Below, in pieces: positions 9,601-17,125 of a stretch of 36,204 bases of DNA (its first letter is position 1; each line of letters opens with the position of its first letter). Under the pieces are notes generated by a model. That model had not been told where the DNA came from. It saw only the letters and a list, made by a program, of their open reading frames with translations, and made no database searches. The DNA comes from an uncultured Clostridia bacterium (GTDB lineage Bacteria > Bacillota > Clostridia > Christensenellales > Borkfalkiaceae), in NCBI GenBank assembly GCA_934230055.1, contig CAKQEE010000001.1, forward strand, positions 1 to 36,204. Reading direction: 5' to 3'. The translations under genes were made by a program, and so were the position numbers.

Positions 9601-11248
9601 CGGCGACGTTAACGGCGTTATCAAAAAAGGCGACGAAATCATCGTGAAAGATCCCGACGGGCATCCGGAAGTTATGGGTGCAGGCGAAACCCTTACCCTT
9701 ACGGCGGTGCCGAACGACGGGTATAAGTTCAGCGGTTGGTATACCGCGCACGACGACGAAGAAAGGAAATTCTATTCCGCAAACGCCACCGAAACCTTCA
9801 CCGTGTTAAAAGACGTTCAGATTTACGCGGCATTCGCGGATAAAAATAGCGTTACGATAAAGGCTTACGTTTCCAACGGATACGGCAAGATAAGCAAGGA
9901 TTTGCCGGACGGCGTGACCGCCTGGGAAGATTCCGTGGAAATTACCGTAAAAGAGGGCGACGCGGTTCAACTTACTGCAAGACCTTCTTACGAATACGTC
10001 AGGTTCGTAGGCTGGTTCGATGAATCCACGCAGCAGTCCGTGCTTATTTCCGAAAACGCTACCGAAACCTTTACCGTAAACACGGATACGAGGTTGTGCG
10101 CGAAGTTCGAGGAAAAACCGTATTTTATAGCGTTTACCGAAGGAAACGGCACGATTAAACAAAACGGCGAAATTGCCTCGTTCGGCAACGGCATACACGT
10201 CGATAAGGGAACGCAGATTACCCTTACGGCGGAACCGGGCGAAAACTCGGTGTTCGTAGGCTGGTTCGATGAATCCGCGCGGCAGTCCGTGCTTATTTCC
10301 GAAAACGCTACCGAAACCTTTACCGTAAACACGGATACGAGGTTGTGCGCGAAGTTCCGTAACAAACTGGAAAGCATCGAAATCATGACCGAGAGCAACG
10401 GCTCTTACGAAGACGCGATTTACAAAAACGTAGAACTCGGCGGTCAGTATCGCCCCGATCCCGAAGAGATACCCGTAGCGGGCGTTTATAAGGGAGCGGA
10501 TCAGCAGGCAAGCCTTACGCTCGGCAGGGATTATACGGTAGACAAGGGCGGTCTTAACTACGACGTACGCGGCACGTATACGGTGACTTATACCGTCGTA
10601 GGTCAGCCCGAAGTGTTTGCAAAACTTATCATTCGCGTGCTTGCGGAGGGCGATTATTACGACGCGTGGCTGAGGTTGCCGCAGAATATCAATATAGCGG
10701 GTGAGGATAATAACGGCGTTCTGATTGCGGAATTCGTTATCGGCGGCAATCCGTTCGATCTTACCAAAGCCACTTTTGTGGCGTACGCGATAGGGCAGCA
10801 GGAAGAAACGACGCTCGTTTATTCCACGGACTTTACGATAGATTACGGCGGGCTCGATTATACCAAAGCGGGCAGGTACCTCGTTAAGTTTATTCCGAAC
10901 GGGTGCCCGGAACTCACGGAAAGCATAATAATCGCCGTCTATAATCCCAAAACCGTAAAATACTTTACGGAAATTACGACGGCGGATTCGGGATTTTCGA
11001 TGGATAATAATTACAACTATTCCGCAAGGTATAAAATCGGCGATTCGTTCAGACCGGATCCCGAACAGGTTCAGATTTACGGCAATTACTACGGCGAAGC
11101 GGATTCGCATATTTTAGAACTCGGCACGGACTACGTTATAGACAGGGGCAACCTCGATTACGAGGTTCCCGGCAGATACGAAATAACGTTCCGCGCGGTT
11201 ACTAATCCGGGTATTTCGCTGATAATGGTAATTATCGTAGAGGCGTAA
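6665..11248 (+). CDS. Giant surface lipoprotein (1527 aa) made of alternating divergent InlB B-repeat modules and Ig-like (DUF5011/HYR-like) domains
   Basis: GGAGAGGAG lies upstream of the ATG. The N-terminus MKRRNVLYVLTVLFALCLLCFVGCNVD is a signal peptide plus lipobox. B-repeat signatures recur (YKFIGWY, FKFKGWY, HRFAGWY x2, YKFSGWY, RFVGWF, VFVGWF). Ig-like signatures also recur (DYSKEGDYRVRFVAK, LDFGKEGTYGVKFKAK, VDYEVAGVYEIVITYK, LNYDVRGTYTVTYTV, LDYTKAGRYLVKFIP, LDYEVPGRYEITFRAV). Confidence 0.85.
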   Translation: MKRRNVLYVLTVLFALCLLCFVGCNVDTRPTELKSDLGITVSGDRFEPGVELVTTRLKLSDERVREALKKLPEEYFSSDDSEIAAIDIALVSGGKRIQPRGRLRVEVPAPLEGAEDYVVYQVIGDEVKRVAFARFDDGVIRFDTSTFSVFLFRDSTVKRSLTVVVEGPCAGNVKVEIPEFFNSYTKYYLNNGEQQTFDLSGVERAVKLSASSPENYKFIGWYESIDGVTEKEPISTDEWLEYKVKGRRTLVARTEAELSGVSGIWAFPGESNFPVGFGDGRAATQVYVRPGNAQNLDAGKLLIKAYKESEGNGVYINVSPYQYDVEGLNEIDYSKEGDYRVRFVAKENEDLVAEVVVHVSESVANLRAITNGNGAFRVDGGKEKYNDKTFALTDSTDGFELEAERYVEDASFKFKGWYRYLEGGILGEKMSDSEKLTLRGDMGDLTVIALYKTLSAYENLFGVYQLRLFPGESGIPVDESNERGEIESLLYYRPNEAQIDVSKVVVKGLRRAAEGNGYELVDLRPGDYEIDYDGLDFGKEGTYGVKFKAKLQGDESYYVTISISIFKEYAALTVEFDGNGSLKGSIVDPAAGMSYDKTEMTESGKKYVLGAFMRSDYRSIVATPDEGHRFAGWYAVDENGNLSEKPISTDAEYRFTQNGKDEHIKAVFGEKVTAITATCEGFADGNFVYVDGVKPDLSKIVVKDNAGRTLSESEYEVDDGAVDYEVAGVYEIVITYKNDESVKTTLTVTVTKPIDNLEGVYQLRLFPGESGIPVDESNERGEIESLLYYRPNEAQIDVSKVVVKGLRRAAEGNGYELVDLRPGDYEIDYDGLDFGKEGTYGVKFKAKLQGDESYYVTISISIFKEYAALTVEFDGNGSLKGSIVDPAAGTSYDKKDMTESGTKYVLGAFMRRDYRSIVATPDEGHRFAGWYAVDENGNLSEEPISKDAEYRFTQNGKDEHIKAVFVKEVLAYVYIDRSIGDVNGVIKKGDEIIVKDPDGHPEVMGAGETLTLTAVPNDGYKFSGWYTAHDDEERKFYSANATETFTVLKDVQIYAAFADKNSVTIKAYVSNGYGKISKDLPDGVTAWEDSVEITVKEGDAVQLTARPSYEYVRFVGWFDESTQQSVLISENATETFTVNTDTRLCAKFEEKPYFIAFTEGNGTIKQNGEIASFGNGIHVDKGTQITLTAEPGENSVFVGWFDESARQSVLISENATETFTVNTDTRLCAKFRNKLESIEIMTESNGSYEDAIYKNVELGGQYRPDPEEIPVAGVYKGADQQASLTLGRDYTVDKGGLNYDVRGTYTVTYTVVGQPEVFAKLIIRVLAEGDYYDAWLRLPQNINIAGEDNNGVLIAEFVIGGNPFDLTKATFVAYAIGQQEETTLVYSTDFTIDYGGLDYTKAGRYLVKFIPNGCPELTESIIIAVYNPKTVKYFTEITTADSGFSMDNNYNYSARYKIGDSFRPDPEQVQIYGNYYGEADSHILELGTDYVIDRGNLDYEVPGRYEITFRAVTNPGISLIMVIIVEA
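8048..8667 (+). repeat. Copy 1 of a ~620-bp near-identical intragenic direct repeat (period 891 bp = 297 codons)
   Basis: Manual alignment with 8939-9558. Positions 8048-8441 are identical to 8939-9332 (394 nt). I count about 11 mismatches, all in the last ~226 nt. It encodes GVYQLRLFPGESGIPVDESNERGEIESLLYYRPNEAQIDV...HRFAGWYAVDENGNLSE.PIS.DAEYRFTQNGKDEHIKAVF. Confidence 0.95.
8939..9558 (+). repeat. Copy 2 of the ~620-bp intragenic direct repeat
   Basis: Same alignment as for copy 1. The 271-nt spacer (8668-8938) encodes a distinct Ig-like domain (VDYEVAGVYEIVITYKNDESVKTTLTVTV). Confidence 0.95.
10003..10108 (+). repeat. Copy 1 of a 106-bp intragenic direct repeat (period 249 bp = 83 codons)
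   Basis: gttcgtaggctggttcgatgaatcc(a/g)cgc(a/g)gcagtccgtgcttatttccgaaaacgctaccgaaacctttaccgtaaacacggatacgaggttgtgcgcgaagttc. It has 2 mismatches versus 10252-10357 and encodes FVGWFDES.QQSVLISENATETFTVNTDTRLCAKF. Confidence 0.9.
10252..10357 (+). repeat. Copy 2 of the 106-bp intragenic direct repeat
   Basis: See copy 1. Only the C-terminal half of two adjacent B-repeat modules is near-identical at the DNA level; the N-terminal halves have diverged. Confidence 0.9.
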
Positions 11249-11270
11249 TAAAGAACTTTAACAAAAGACA

Positions 11271-11297
11271 GAGGGAACGCTTTTAAAGCGTTCCCTC
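11271..11297 (+). promoter_or_regulatory. Intercistronic stem-loop (about 11-bp stem) without a U-tract, between the 1527-aa gene and the next lipoprotein gene
   Basis: gagggaacgc-ttttaaa-gcgttccctc is a perfect palindrome. It is followed by gtatgcccgaaacGGAGatgtaaATG. No T-run, so it is more likely an mRNA processing or stability element, or a partial terminator. Confidence 0.4.
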
Positions 11298-11320
11298 GTA
11301 TGCCCGAAACGGAGATGTAA

Positions 11321-12622
11321 ATGAAAAACAGAAAATCGATTATATCGGCGGCGATAATTTTGTCGGCAATTTGCTTTCTGCTCGCTGCGTGCAAAGACGA
11401 CTTAAAGAAAACGGTTGCAAAGTCGCGCGGAATATCTATAACGGCAGAAGCTATTCCCGATAAAGAAAACGACGGCACGCCTCTCGTGCTCGGCGGCGAA
11501 CGCTACGAAGTTTTGCAGGACGAGGTAGTTTTAAAAGGAAGCGAACTCACGGCGGAAAACGGCGCGATCGGTTTTGAATACAAAGCCGCGGGCGAAGACG
11601 ACGCAAAATATTCTTCCGTTTTCCCCACGGAAAACGGGGCGTATCTCGTTCGCGTCAGAATCGCCGCAAGCGAAGACGGCGTTTGGGCGGAAGCCGTTTC
11701 GGAAGGCAAACCGTTTAATCTCGTGCAACCCGTTCAACGCACTAAAATGAACTTAAAGGGGTTGTGGTATTGCAGCCCGGAAGGCGTTTACGAAGAAACT
11801 CTGTACAACGATCCGTATATCATAGATCCTTCGGCGTGTATATTTATTATGGGAGACGTAACCGAAAACGATAATACCGTAAGGCTTTGTTATAATCCCG
11901 ATAATTTCAAATACGACGCCCGCGCAAAAGATTATATAGGAAACCTGATAGGACAGAACGGACTTCACCTCGAATGGGCGTTGGAGCTTCGCGCCGGTTC
12001 TTACGAAGGTACTGCGCTTGCAAGGTGGCAAGGCTACGAAAGTTACGGGTTTTATAAATATGATACTTACGAAGACGGCAAAGAACTAATGTGGGTGGAA
12101 AGACATTTCATAAATCTTATCGGAAGAGTGGACGAAGGATCGGAGTACATAGAATTTGAATCTCTGAAAGACGCGTCAGGTTATACCGACGAGAACGGAG
12201 GCTGGATTTGTAAAGAAAAAGAACTCGACGTATACGTCGTGCGCACAATGGCGGGCGTTTCTCATCAGTACAACAAGAACCTTCCGGGGAGCCAAGTGTT
12301 CAACAAAGTACCCGACAGGGCGTGGCAGGAAGTACAGTCGTCTTTCTGGGGGCTTCCGCATTACTGGTGGTATTTCACGATCGAAGAAGGACAGTCGCCG
12401 CGCACTTTGCTTTTTAACAGCAACCTGATGATAACCGTGTTCGACAGCTTCGGAAACGTGATTGCTTCGGGGTATGAAGGAAGGTTAGAACTGACTTTCG
12501 ACAAAAATCTTACGACCTCGTCGACTACGATCAATACGTACTATATACTGATAGATAATTCGTACGTTTTCGACTGGATCGAACCGGAATGTAAGATGAA
12601 CTTGTGCTATGTAGTTCATTAG
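11321..12622 (+). CDS. Lipoprotein of unknown function (433 aa), rich in Trp and Tyr
   Basis: GGAG lies 6 nt upstream of the ATG. The N-terminus MKNRKSIISAAIILSAICFLLAACKDD is a signal peptide plus LAAC lipobox. I recognise no family motif in the mature part (..WQGYESYGFYKYDTYEDGKELMWVERHF.., ..SSFWGLPHYWWYFTIEEG..). Confidence 0.75.
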   Translation: MKNRKSIISAAIILSAICFLLAACKDDLKKTVAKSRGISITAEAIPDKENDGTPLVLGGERYEVLQDEVVLKGSELTAENGAIGFEYKAAGEDDAKYSSVFPTENGAYLVRVRIAASEDGVWAEAVSEGKPFNLVQPVQRTKMNLKGLWYCSPEGVYEETLYNDPYIIDPSACIFIMGDVTENDNTVRLCYNPDNFKYDARAKDYIGNLIGQNGLHLEWALELRAGSYEGTALARWQGYESYGFYKYDTYEDGKELMWVERHFINLIGRVDEGSEYIEFESLKDASGYTDENGGWICKEKELDVYVVRTMAGVSHQYNKNLPGSQVFNKVPDRAWQEVQSSFWGLPHYWWYFTIEEGQSPRTLLFNSNLMITVFDSFGNVIASGYEGRLELTFDKNLTTSSTTINTYYILIDNSYVFDWIEPECKMNLCYVVH

Positions 12623-12692
12623 CAAAAAGCGTGAGCCGTTCGCGTTTATCACGGGCGGCTCTGCTTAAAAAAAATTATGCGGGGATACGTTT

Positions 12693-13253
12693 ATGATAAA
12701 AAAATTATGTACGTTGATAGGGGGACTCGTTCTTATTGCGGCGATAGCCGCGGGAGGGTATTTTCTCTATACCAAGGTTATAAAAGATAAAATCAATCCT
12801 CCCGATAAGGTCGAATTTCAGATTAAGTACGCCTACGAAACGACTACGGGCGCGCAGTTCGATACCGTAAGATACGGTTTTGTAAAGGGGTATAAAGGAG
12901 AAGCTCCCCAAACCGTGGAGATTGCTTCTTCGTTCGACGACAACGGAAACTTTCGCACCGTGACGGGGATTAAGTCGAGGGCTTTTGAAAACGCAAAAAA
13001 CATGAAAACCGTCGTAATACCGAGTTCGGTCGTATACTTCGGCGTCAGAATTTTCAAAGGTTGCGACAATCTTGAAACGATAGTATTAAAAATGCAGCAG
13101 TCAAGCTTGATTATGGCAGGATTCGGCGGCGCGTTCGACGACCTCGATTTATCCAAAATTACAATCAGGGTGTCGCACGAGAAGGTGAAAGAAGCTTTGC
13201 TTTCGGCGTATAAAGAAGCGAACGTTGTCGTAGACGAATCGCTCGCAGAATAA
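12693..13253 (+). CDS. Small membrane-anchored BspA-type leucine-rich-repeat (LRR_5) protein (186 aa)
   Basis: N-terminal TM anchor MIKKLCTLIGGLVLIAAIAAGGYFLY. The LRR_5-like segment is TVTGIKSRAFENAKNMKTVVIPSSVVYFGVRIFKGCDNLETIVL. Confidence 0.7.
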   Translation: MIKKLCTLIGGLVLIAAIAAGGYFLYTKVIKDKINPPDKVEFQIKYAYETTTGAQFDTVRYGFVKGYKGEAPQTVEIASSFDDNGNFRTVTGIKSRAFENAKNMKTVVIPSSVVYFGVRIFKGCDNLETIVLKMQQSSLIMAGFGGAFDDLDLSKITIRVSHEKVKEALLSAYKEANVVVDESLAE

Positions 13254-13343
13254 TAATCGAGATACCCTTGCCGAAAAAAATAAAGGCAATCGGGCGATGA
13301 TTTTACTTGCTTTTTAATAATGGCTTTGGCATAATGATACAAA

Positions 13344-13378
13344 GTTATCTGCGGCGGCGGAAAGTCGGCGCAGATAAC
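13344..13378. other. Stem-loop: 10-bp perfect inverted repeat with a 15-nt loop
   Basis: gttatctgcg (13344-13353) and cgcagataac (13369-13378), in the non-coding gap downstream of the 12693-13253 gene. Confidence 0.6.
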
Positions 13379-13464
13379 GTGCGCAAAGTCGTGCGGAAAA
13401 CGCGGCGTTTTTCGGCGTATAACGAAAAAGAGGAAAAGATGAGGGAGAGCGTAAAACGCGAAAA

Positions 13465-13506
13465 GCGGCGGGGACGAAAAAGCGGATTAGCGGTCGTCCC
13501 CGCCGC
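13465..13506. other. GC-rich stem-loop: 12-bp perfect stem with an 18-nt loop
   Basis: gcggcggggacg (13465-13476) and cgtccccgccgc (13495-13506). On the minus strand it is followed by ttttcgcgtttta (terminator-like). On the plus strand there is no clean U-tract. Confidence 0.6.
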
Positions 13507-13724
13507 GCGTTTACGGGTAAAATTACTTTTAAGCGGCTATCGCCGATTAAAAGTAGGTATAAGTTTAGGGTTTTATAGCGGGGTTTGGTATGTCGGCAGG
13601 TCGGTGGACAACAAAAATTTATAGTTTAATATAACTAACGCCGCAGATTTTTGAGATAACCGAGGCAGAATTTAACGAAATTTTAACTATAATTAGCCCG
13701 GTTCACCGACATAACTCCGTGCAA

Positions 13725-13789
13725 AACGCGCCACCTTGATACGGCGTGGCTATAGCCGCGACGCTTGTATATTATCAAGGTGGCGCGTT
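13725..13789. other. Two-tier stem-loop: 17-bp perfect inverted repeat enclosing a second small hairpin
   Basis: aacgcgccaccttgata (13725-13741) and tatcaaggtggcgcgtt (13773-13789). The 31-nt loop contains cgtggc-tata-gccgcg (13745-13760). No U-tract on either side. Confidence 0.7.
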
Positions 13790-14139
13790 ATACTCTCTGA
13801 CGGAAAGGTTACAATAAGTAAAAGGAGATTTAACCAAATTATAATTTTTCTGTTTAACATTTTTATCAAATTGAACAAGCGTATAGAATAAGCGAAAATA
13901 AAAATATTTTCCGAAATATTGTTCAGTAAAGTATGCGGAAAGCCGTGGGTATTGGTTATGTGAAAAGTATAGCTTTATTATTCGACTTTGCCGCTTTATA
14001 AAGATTGTTGAAAGACTTTTCGATTCGGTTGATTAAAGAATAGCGATAAAAGATAAAAAAATGATTTATTTCATTGTTCGTACGTTGTAAAATGAAAAAG
14101 TAAAATGCGGTTTAAAACGCAATATCGACGGGAGCGGTT

Positions 14140-16278
14140 ATGTGGATAAAAAGACAAAGCGATTTTAACGGAACGAGTTTTTTGCCGGTGTTCGTAAAAC
14201 GCTTTGACGTTAAAAAAGAAATAAACAGTTGTAAATTAAAAATTACGGCTACCGGTATTATAAGCATAACTTTCAACGGAGAAAAGTTTCGCGATTATTT
14301 TATGCCCGGTTGGAGCAATTATAACAAATATATAAACGAATGCGAATACGACGTTTTGCCTATTATAAATAAGGAAAACGAGATAAGCGTAACCGTTGCG
14401 GACGGCTGGTATTCGGGTAATCTCGGGTATAATCGCGGAAACCGCATCTACGGCACGGAAAGACGTTTAAGGGCGGAAATAATAATCGGTTACGTCGACG
14501 GCGAAACGCAAACGATCGAAACGGACGAAAGCTGGGATACTTATTCGTCGCAGATAAAAAGCGCGGACTTTTTCGACGGGGAAACGGTCGATTTCACGCG
14601 TGAAAGGCTTTCGGATAAATCGAAGGCGGAGCTCTGCGATTTCGATTTGAAGCGCGAAAAGTATTCTTACGAACCCGTTCGCGCGGAAGAAGAAATCCTT
14701 CCGAAAATCATATTCAAAGACGATAAAACCGTGCGGCTTGATTTCGGAAAAAATTTTGCGGGAATAGTTTCCTTTATCGCGCACGGCAATCGCGGCGAAA
14801 GACTGACGGTAAGGTTTGCGGAAATGCTTAACCCCGACGGAACGTTATACGTTACGAACCTGCGCCGCGCAAAATGTACCGACGAGCTGATTTTATCGGG
14901 AAACGACGACGTTTTCGATCCCGAATTTACCTATCACGGATTCAGATATGCGGAAATAAGCTCGGAGAGCGAATTTTCCGTCCGCGAAATATGCGGAAAG
15001 GTTTTAACGCAGCATATCGTTTACGGCGGAAGTTTTGAATGCTCCGAGCCGCTTATAAACGGTATTTACAGAATGGCTCTTAACGGGCAGAAAAGCAATT
15101 TTGTGAGTATTCCGACCGATTGTCCCCAGAGAGACGAGAGGCTTGGCTGGACGGGCGACGCGGAAGTATTCTGCAATACCGCTATGTTCAACGCGGACTG
15201 CGAAAAGTTTTTCGCAAACTTCTTAAAACTGATAAGAACGGACGCGCTGCCGAACGGACGGATTCCTTCGTTCGCGCCGCTTTTCGTGCCGATAGCCGAT
15301 AACACCGCGGGCGTACCCGGTTGGGCGGATTCGATAGCCGTAATACCGTATTTTCACTACCTCCATTACGGCGATAAACAGGTGATAAAAGACAATCTGC
15401 CTTTTGCCGACAAGTGGGTGGATTATTGCGTGGAAAAAAGCACAGACTACGCGGTAAAGATAACCAACAATTTCGGAGACTGGCTGTCGGTAGACGGAAA
15501 AACGGACGTAGACGTGATAAATCAGTGCTTTTTCGGATATTCCGCGCTTCTGACGAGTAAAATGCACGGTATAATCGGCGACGAGGAAGGTAAGGCGCGT
15601 TATCGGAACGTTTACGAAGAAGCGAAAAAAACGTTCAGAAAAAAATATTTCGACGGAACGACCATAAAAAGCGATACGCAGACGGCGTACGTTTTTGCGT
15701 ATTCGGTAGGCTACGTCGGCGCGGAAGAGGTTAAAGACAGACTCGTCGGCGCGATAAAAGAAAACGGCGGCAAGCTGACGACGGGCTTTATCGGGTGCAG
15801 ATTCGTGCTTCCCGCGCTATGCGATATGGGCGAGAGCGAACTTGCGTATAAAATAATAACCGAAACGGAATACCCCTCTTGGGGATATATGTTAAAGCTC
15901 GGCGCGACGACCGTTTGGGAAAGGTGGAACGGTTATACCGAAAAGGACGGGTTCGAGGATCCCGAAATGAACTCGTTTAATCATTACAGTCTCGGTTCCT
16001 GCGTGGAATGGCTTTATACCTACGTTCTGGGGATAAAACTGTGCGAAGATAAGCCGGTTTGCATAAGCCCGACCTTCTTTGAAAAATTAAGTTGCGTAAA
16101 CGGTTGTTACGTGGATAAAAACGGAAAAATCCGTATAAGCATAAAAACCGAAAACAAAATCGCCCGAGTCGAAATAACTGCGGACGAGAAAGCAAAGTAT
16201 ACCTGCGATTTTAAGGATAAACGGATTAAAAGCGTAGAGAAGAACGGCAATTCGGAGATTATCTTTGTCGAATTATAA
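14140..16278 (+). CDS. Alpha-L-rhamnosidase, glycoside hydrolase family 78 (cytoplasmic, no signal peptide)
   Basis: 712-aa ORF with GGGAG upstream. It carries the GH78 six-hairpin catalytic-domain signature IPTDCPQRDERLGWTGDAEVF. The N-terminal part resembles the bacterial rhamnosidase N-domain (FVKRFDV..KLKITATGIISITFNGEKF..PGWSNYNKY..YDV). Confidence 0.9.
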   Translation: MWIKRQSDFNGTSFLPVFVKRFDVKKEINSCKLKITATGIISITFNGEKFRDYFMPGWSNYNKYINECEYDVLPIINKENEISVTVADGWYSGNLGYNRGNRIYGTERRLRAEIIIGYVDGETQTIETDESWDTYSSQIKSADFFDGETVDFTRERLSDKSKAELCDFDLKREKYSYEPVRAEEEILPKIIFKDDKTVRLDFGKNFAGIVSFIAHGNRGERLTVRFAEMLNPDGTLYVTNLRRAKCTDELILSGNDDVFDPEFTYHGFRYAEISSESEFSVREICGKVLTQHIVYGGSFECSEPLINGIYRMALNGQKSNFVSIPTDCPQRDERLGWTGDAEVFCNTAMFNADCEKFFANFLKLIRTDALPNGRIPSFAPLFVPIADNTAGVPGWADSIAVIPYFHYLHYGDKQVIKDNLPFADKWVDYCVEKSTDYAVKITNNFGDWLSVDGKTDVDVINQCFFGYSALLTSKMHGIIGDEEGKARYRNVYEEAKKTFRKKYFDGTTIKSDTQTAYVFAYSVGYVGAEEVKDRLVGAIKENGGKLTTGFIGCRFVLPALCDMGESELAYKIITETEYPSWGYMLKLGATTVWERWNGYTEKDGFEDPEMNSFNHYSLGSCVEWLYTYVLGIKLCEDKPVCISPTFFEKLSCVNGCYVDKNGKIRISIKTENKIARVEITADEKAKYTCDFKDKRIKSVEKNGNSEIIFVEL

Positions 16279-16291
16279 AAGCGGAAAGGAA

Positions 16292-17119
16292 TCAGTTTTT
16301 ATCGCGGAACGCCTGACGATATTCCACAGGCGAAACGTTGTATTTGTTTTTGAACTTCTGCGCGAAAAACGATTGATTGTCGTATCCCACCTTGGAAGCG
16401 ATGGTTATAACGTTAAGGTCCGTGGATGAAAGAAGCTTAGCCGCGTGCGCTATTCTTAAATCGGTGACGTATTCTATAATGGTTTTACCGACGCATGCCT
16501 TAAAAAGCTTTATAAAATGCGAATGCGAATAAGAGCTTAACCCTATAATGTCGTTAATCCGCATAGAAAACACGTCCGGATCGGAAATTTTCTGCAAAAA
16601 CGAAAGCATGCTTTTGGACATGTATTTTTCCGAATTGTGTTCGAGATAAATGCCGAGAAGATACATGACGATGGAAATCGACACGGCGTGAGCGTTTTTG
16701 TCGTCTTTATTGAGAAGGTTGATTTTATTGAGCCGTTCGTGAATTTCGTTAAAGTTTTCCACGCTTAACTTGATGACTATCGTTTTATCCGTGGCGCACA
16801 GCTTTTCGTATAAATCGGGCTGTAAAACAGCCGTCAGCTCTTTCATTTTTTCGGTGGAAACGCAAAGATCTCTGCGCCTTATGGGCGTGGTCGAGTCGGA
16901 AACGTATTGATGGACGTGGTTAGGCCCTAAAAGGACGAAATTTCCCGGCATAAGCGGATAAGGCTCTCCGTTTACGATATTTATGCCGGTTCCGTCTATG
17001 GTAGAGGTAAATTCCCAGTCGCTGTGACGGTGCAGAACGGAGTTGTCGTCCCACAAAAAAGTGTTGATTTCGTCCGGTTGCATTTTGGGAATTATTTTTT
17101 TCACGAATGGTTCTTTCAT
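16292..17119 (-). CDS. AraC/XylS-family transcriptional regulator (cupin-like sensor domain plus C-terminal double HTH)
   Basis: 275-aa ORF. The N-terminal cupin-like part is HRHSDWEFTSTIDGTGINIVNGEPYPLMPGNFVLLGPNHVHQY. The C-terminal HTH_18-like part is FIKLFKACVGKTIIEYVTDLRIAHAAKLLSSTDLNVITIASKVGYDNQSFFAQKFKNKYNVSPVEYR. It is convergent with the GH78 gene, with a 13-nt gap. Confidence 0.9.
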   Translation of the reverse strand: MKEPFVKKIIPKMQPDEINTFLWDDNSVLHRHSDWEFTSTIDGTGINIVNGEPYPLMPGNFVLLGPNHVHQYVSDSTTPIRRRDLCVSTEKMKELTAVLQPDLYEKLCATDKTIVIKLSVENFNEIHERLNKINLLNKDDKNAHAVSISIVMYLLGIYLEHNSEKYMSKSMLSFLQKISDPDVFSMRINDIIGLSSYSHSHFIKLFKACVGKTIIEYVTDLRIAHAAKLLSSTDLNVITIASKVGYDNQSFFAQKFKNKYNVSPVEYRQAFRDKN

Positions 17120-17125
17120 ACCTGT

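Noticed and set aside
5496-10357. CRISPR array or non-coding tandem repeats
   Set aside because: All repeats lie inside long ORFs, are in frame, are 100-620 bp long and encode recognisable protein modules. There is no short repeat/spacer periodicity and there are no cas genes.
13307-13624. 105-aa ORF (TTG start) in the large intergenic gap, including an internal 62-codon version starting at ATG 13439 with an AGAGGAA-like SD
   Set aside because: The product is extremely basic and low in complexity. The frame runs straight through two perfect GC-rich stem-loops, and nothing family-like is visible, so the region is more likely non-coding RNA structure. I keep it only as a remote possibility.
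13589-13713. Invertible promoter (inverton) in the large intergenic gap or upstream of the surface-protein block
   Set aside because: The only flanking inverted repeat around a promoter-like TATAAT is 8 nt (tatgtcgg/ccgacata), too short to be convincing. The 17-bp inverted repeat encloses only 31 nt. No recombinase gene is nearby, and no comparable repeat pair was found in 2642-3152.
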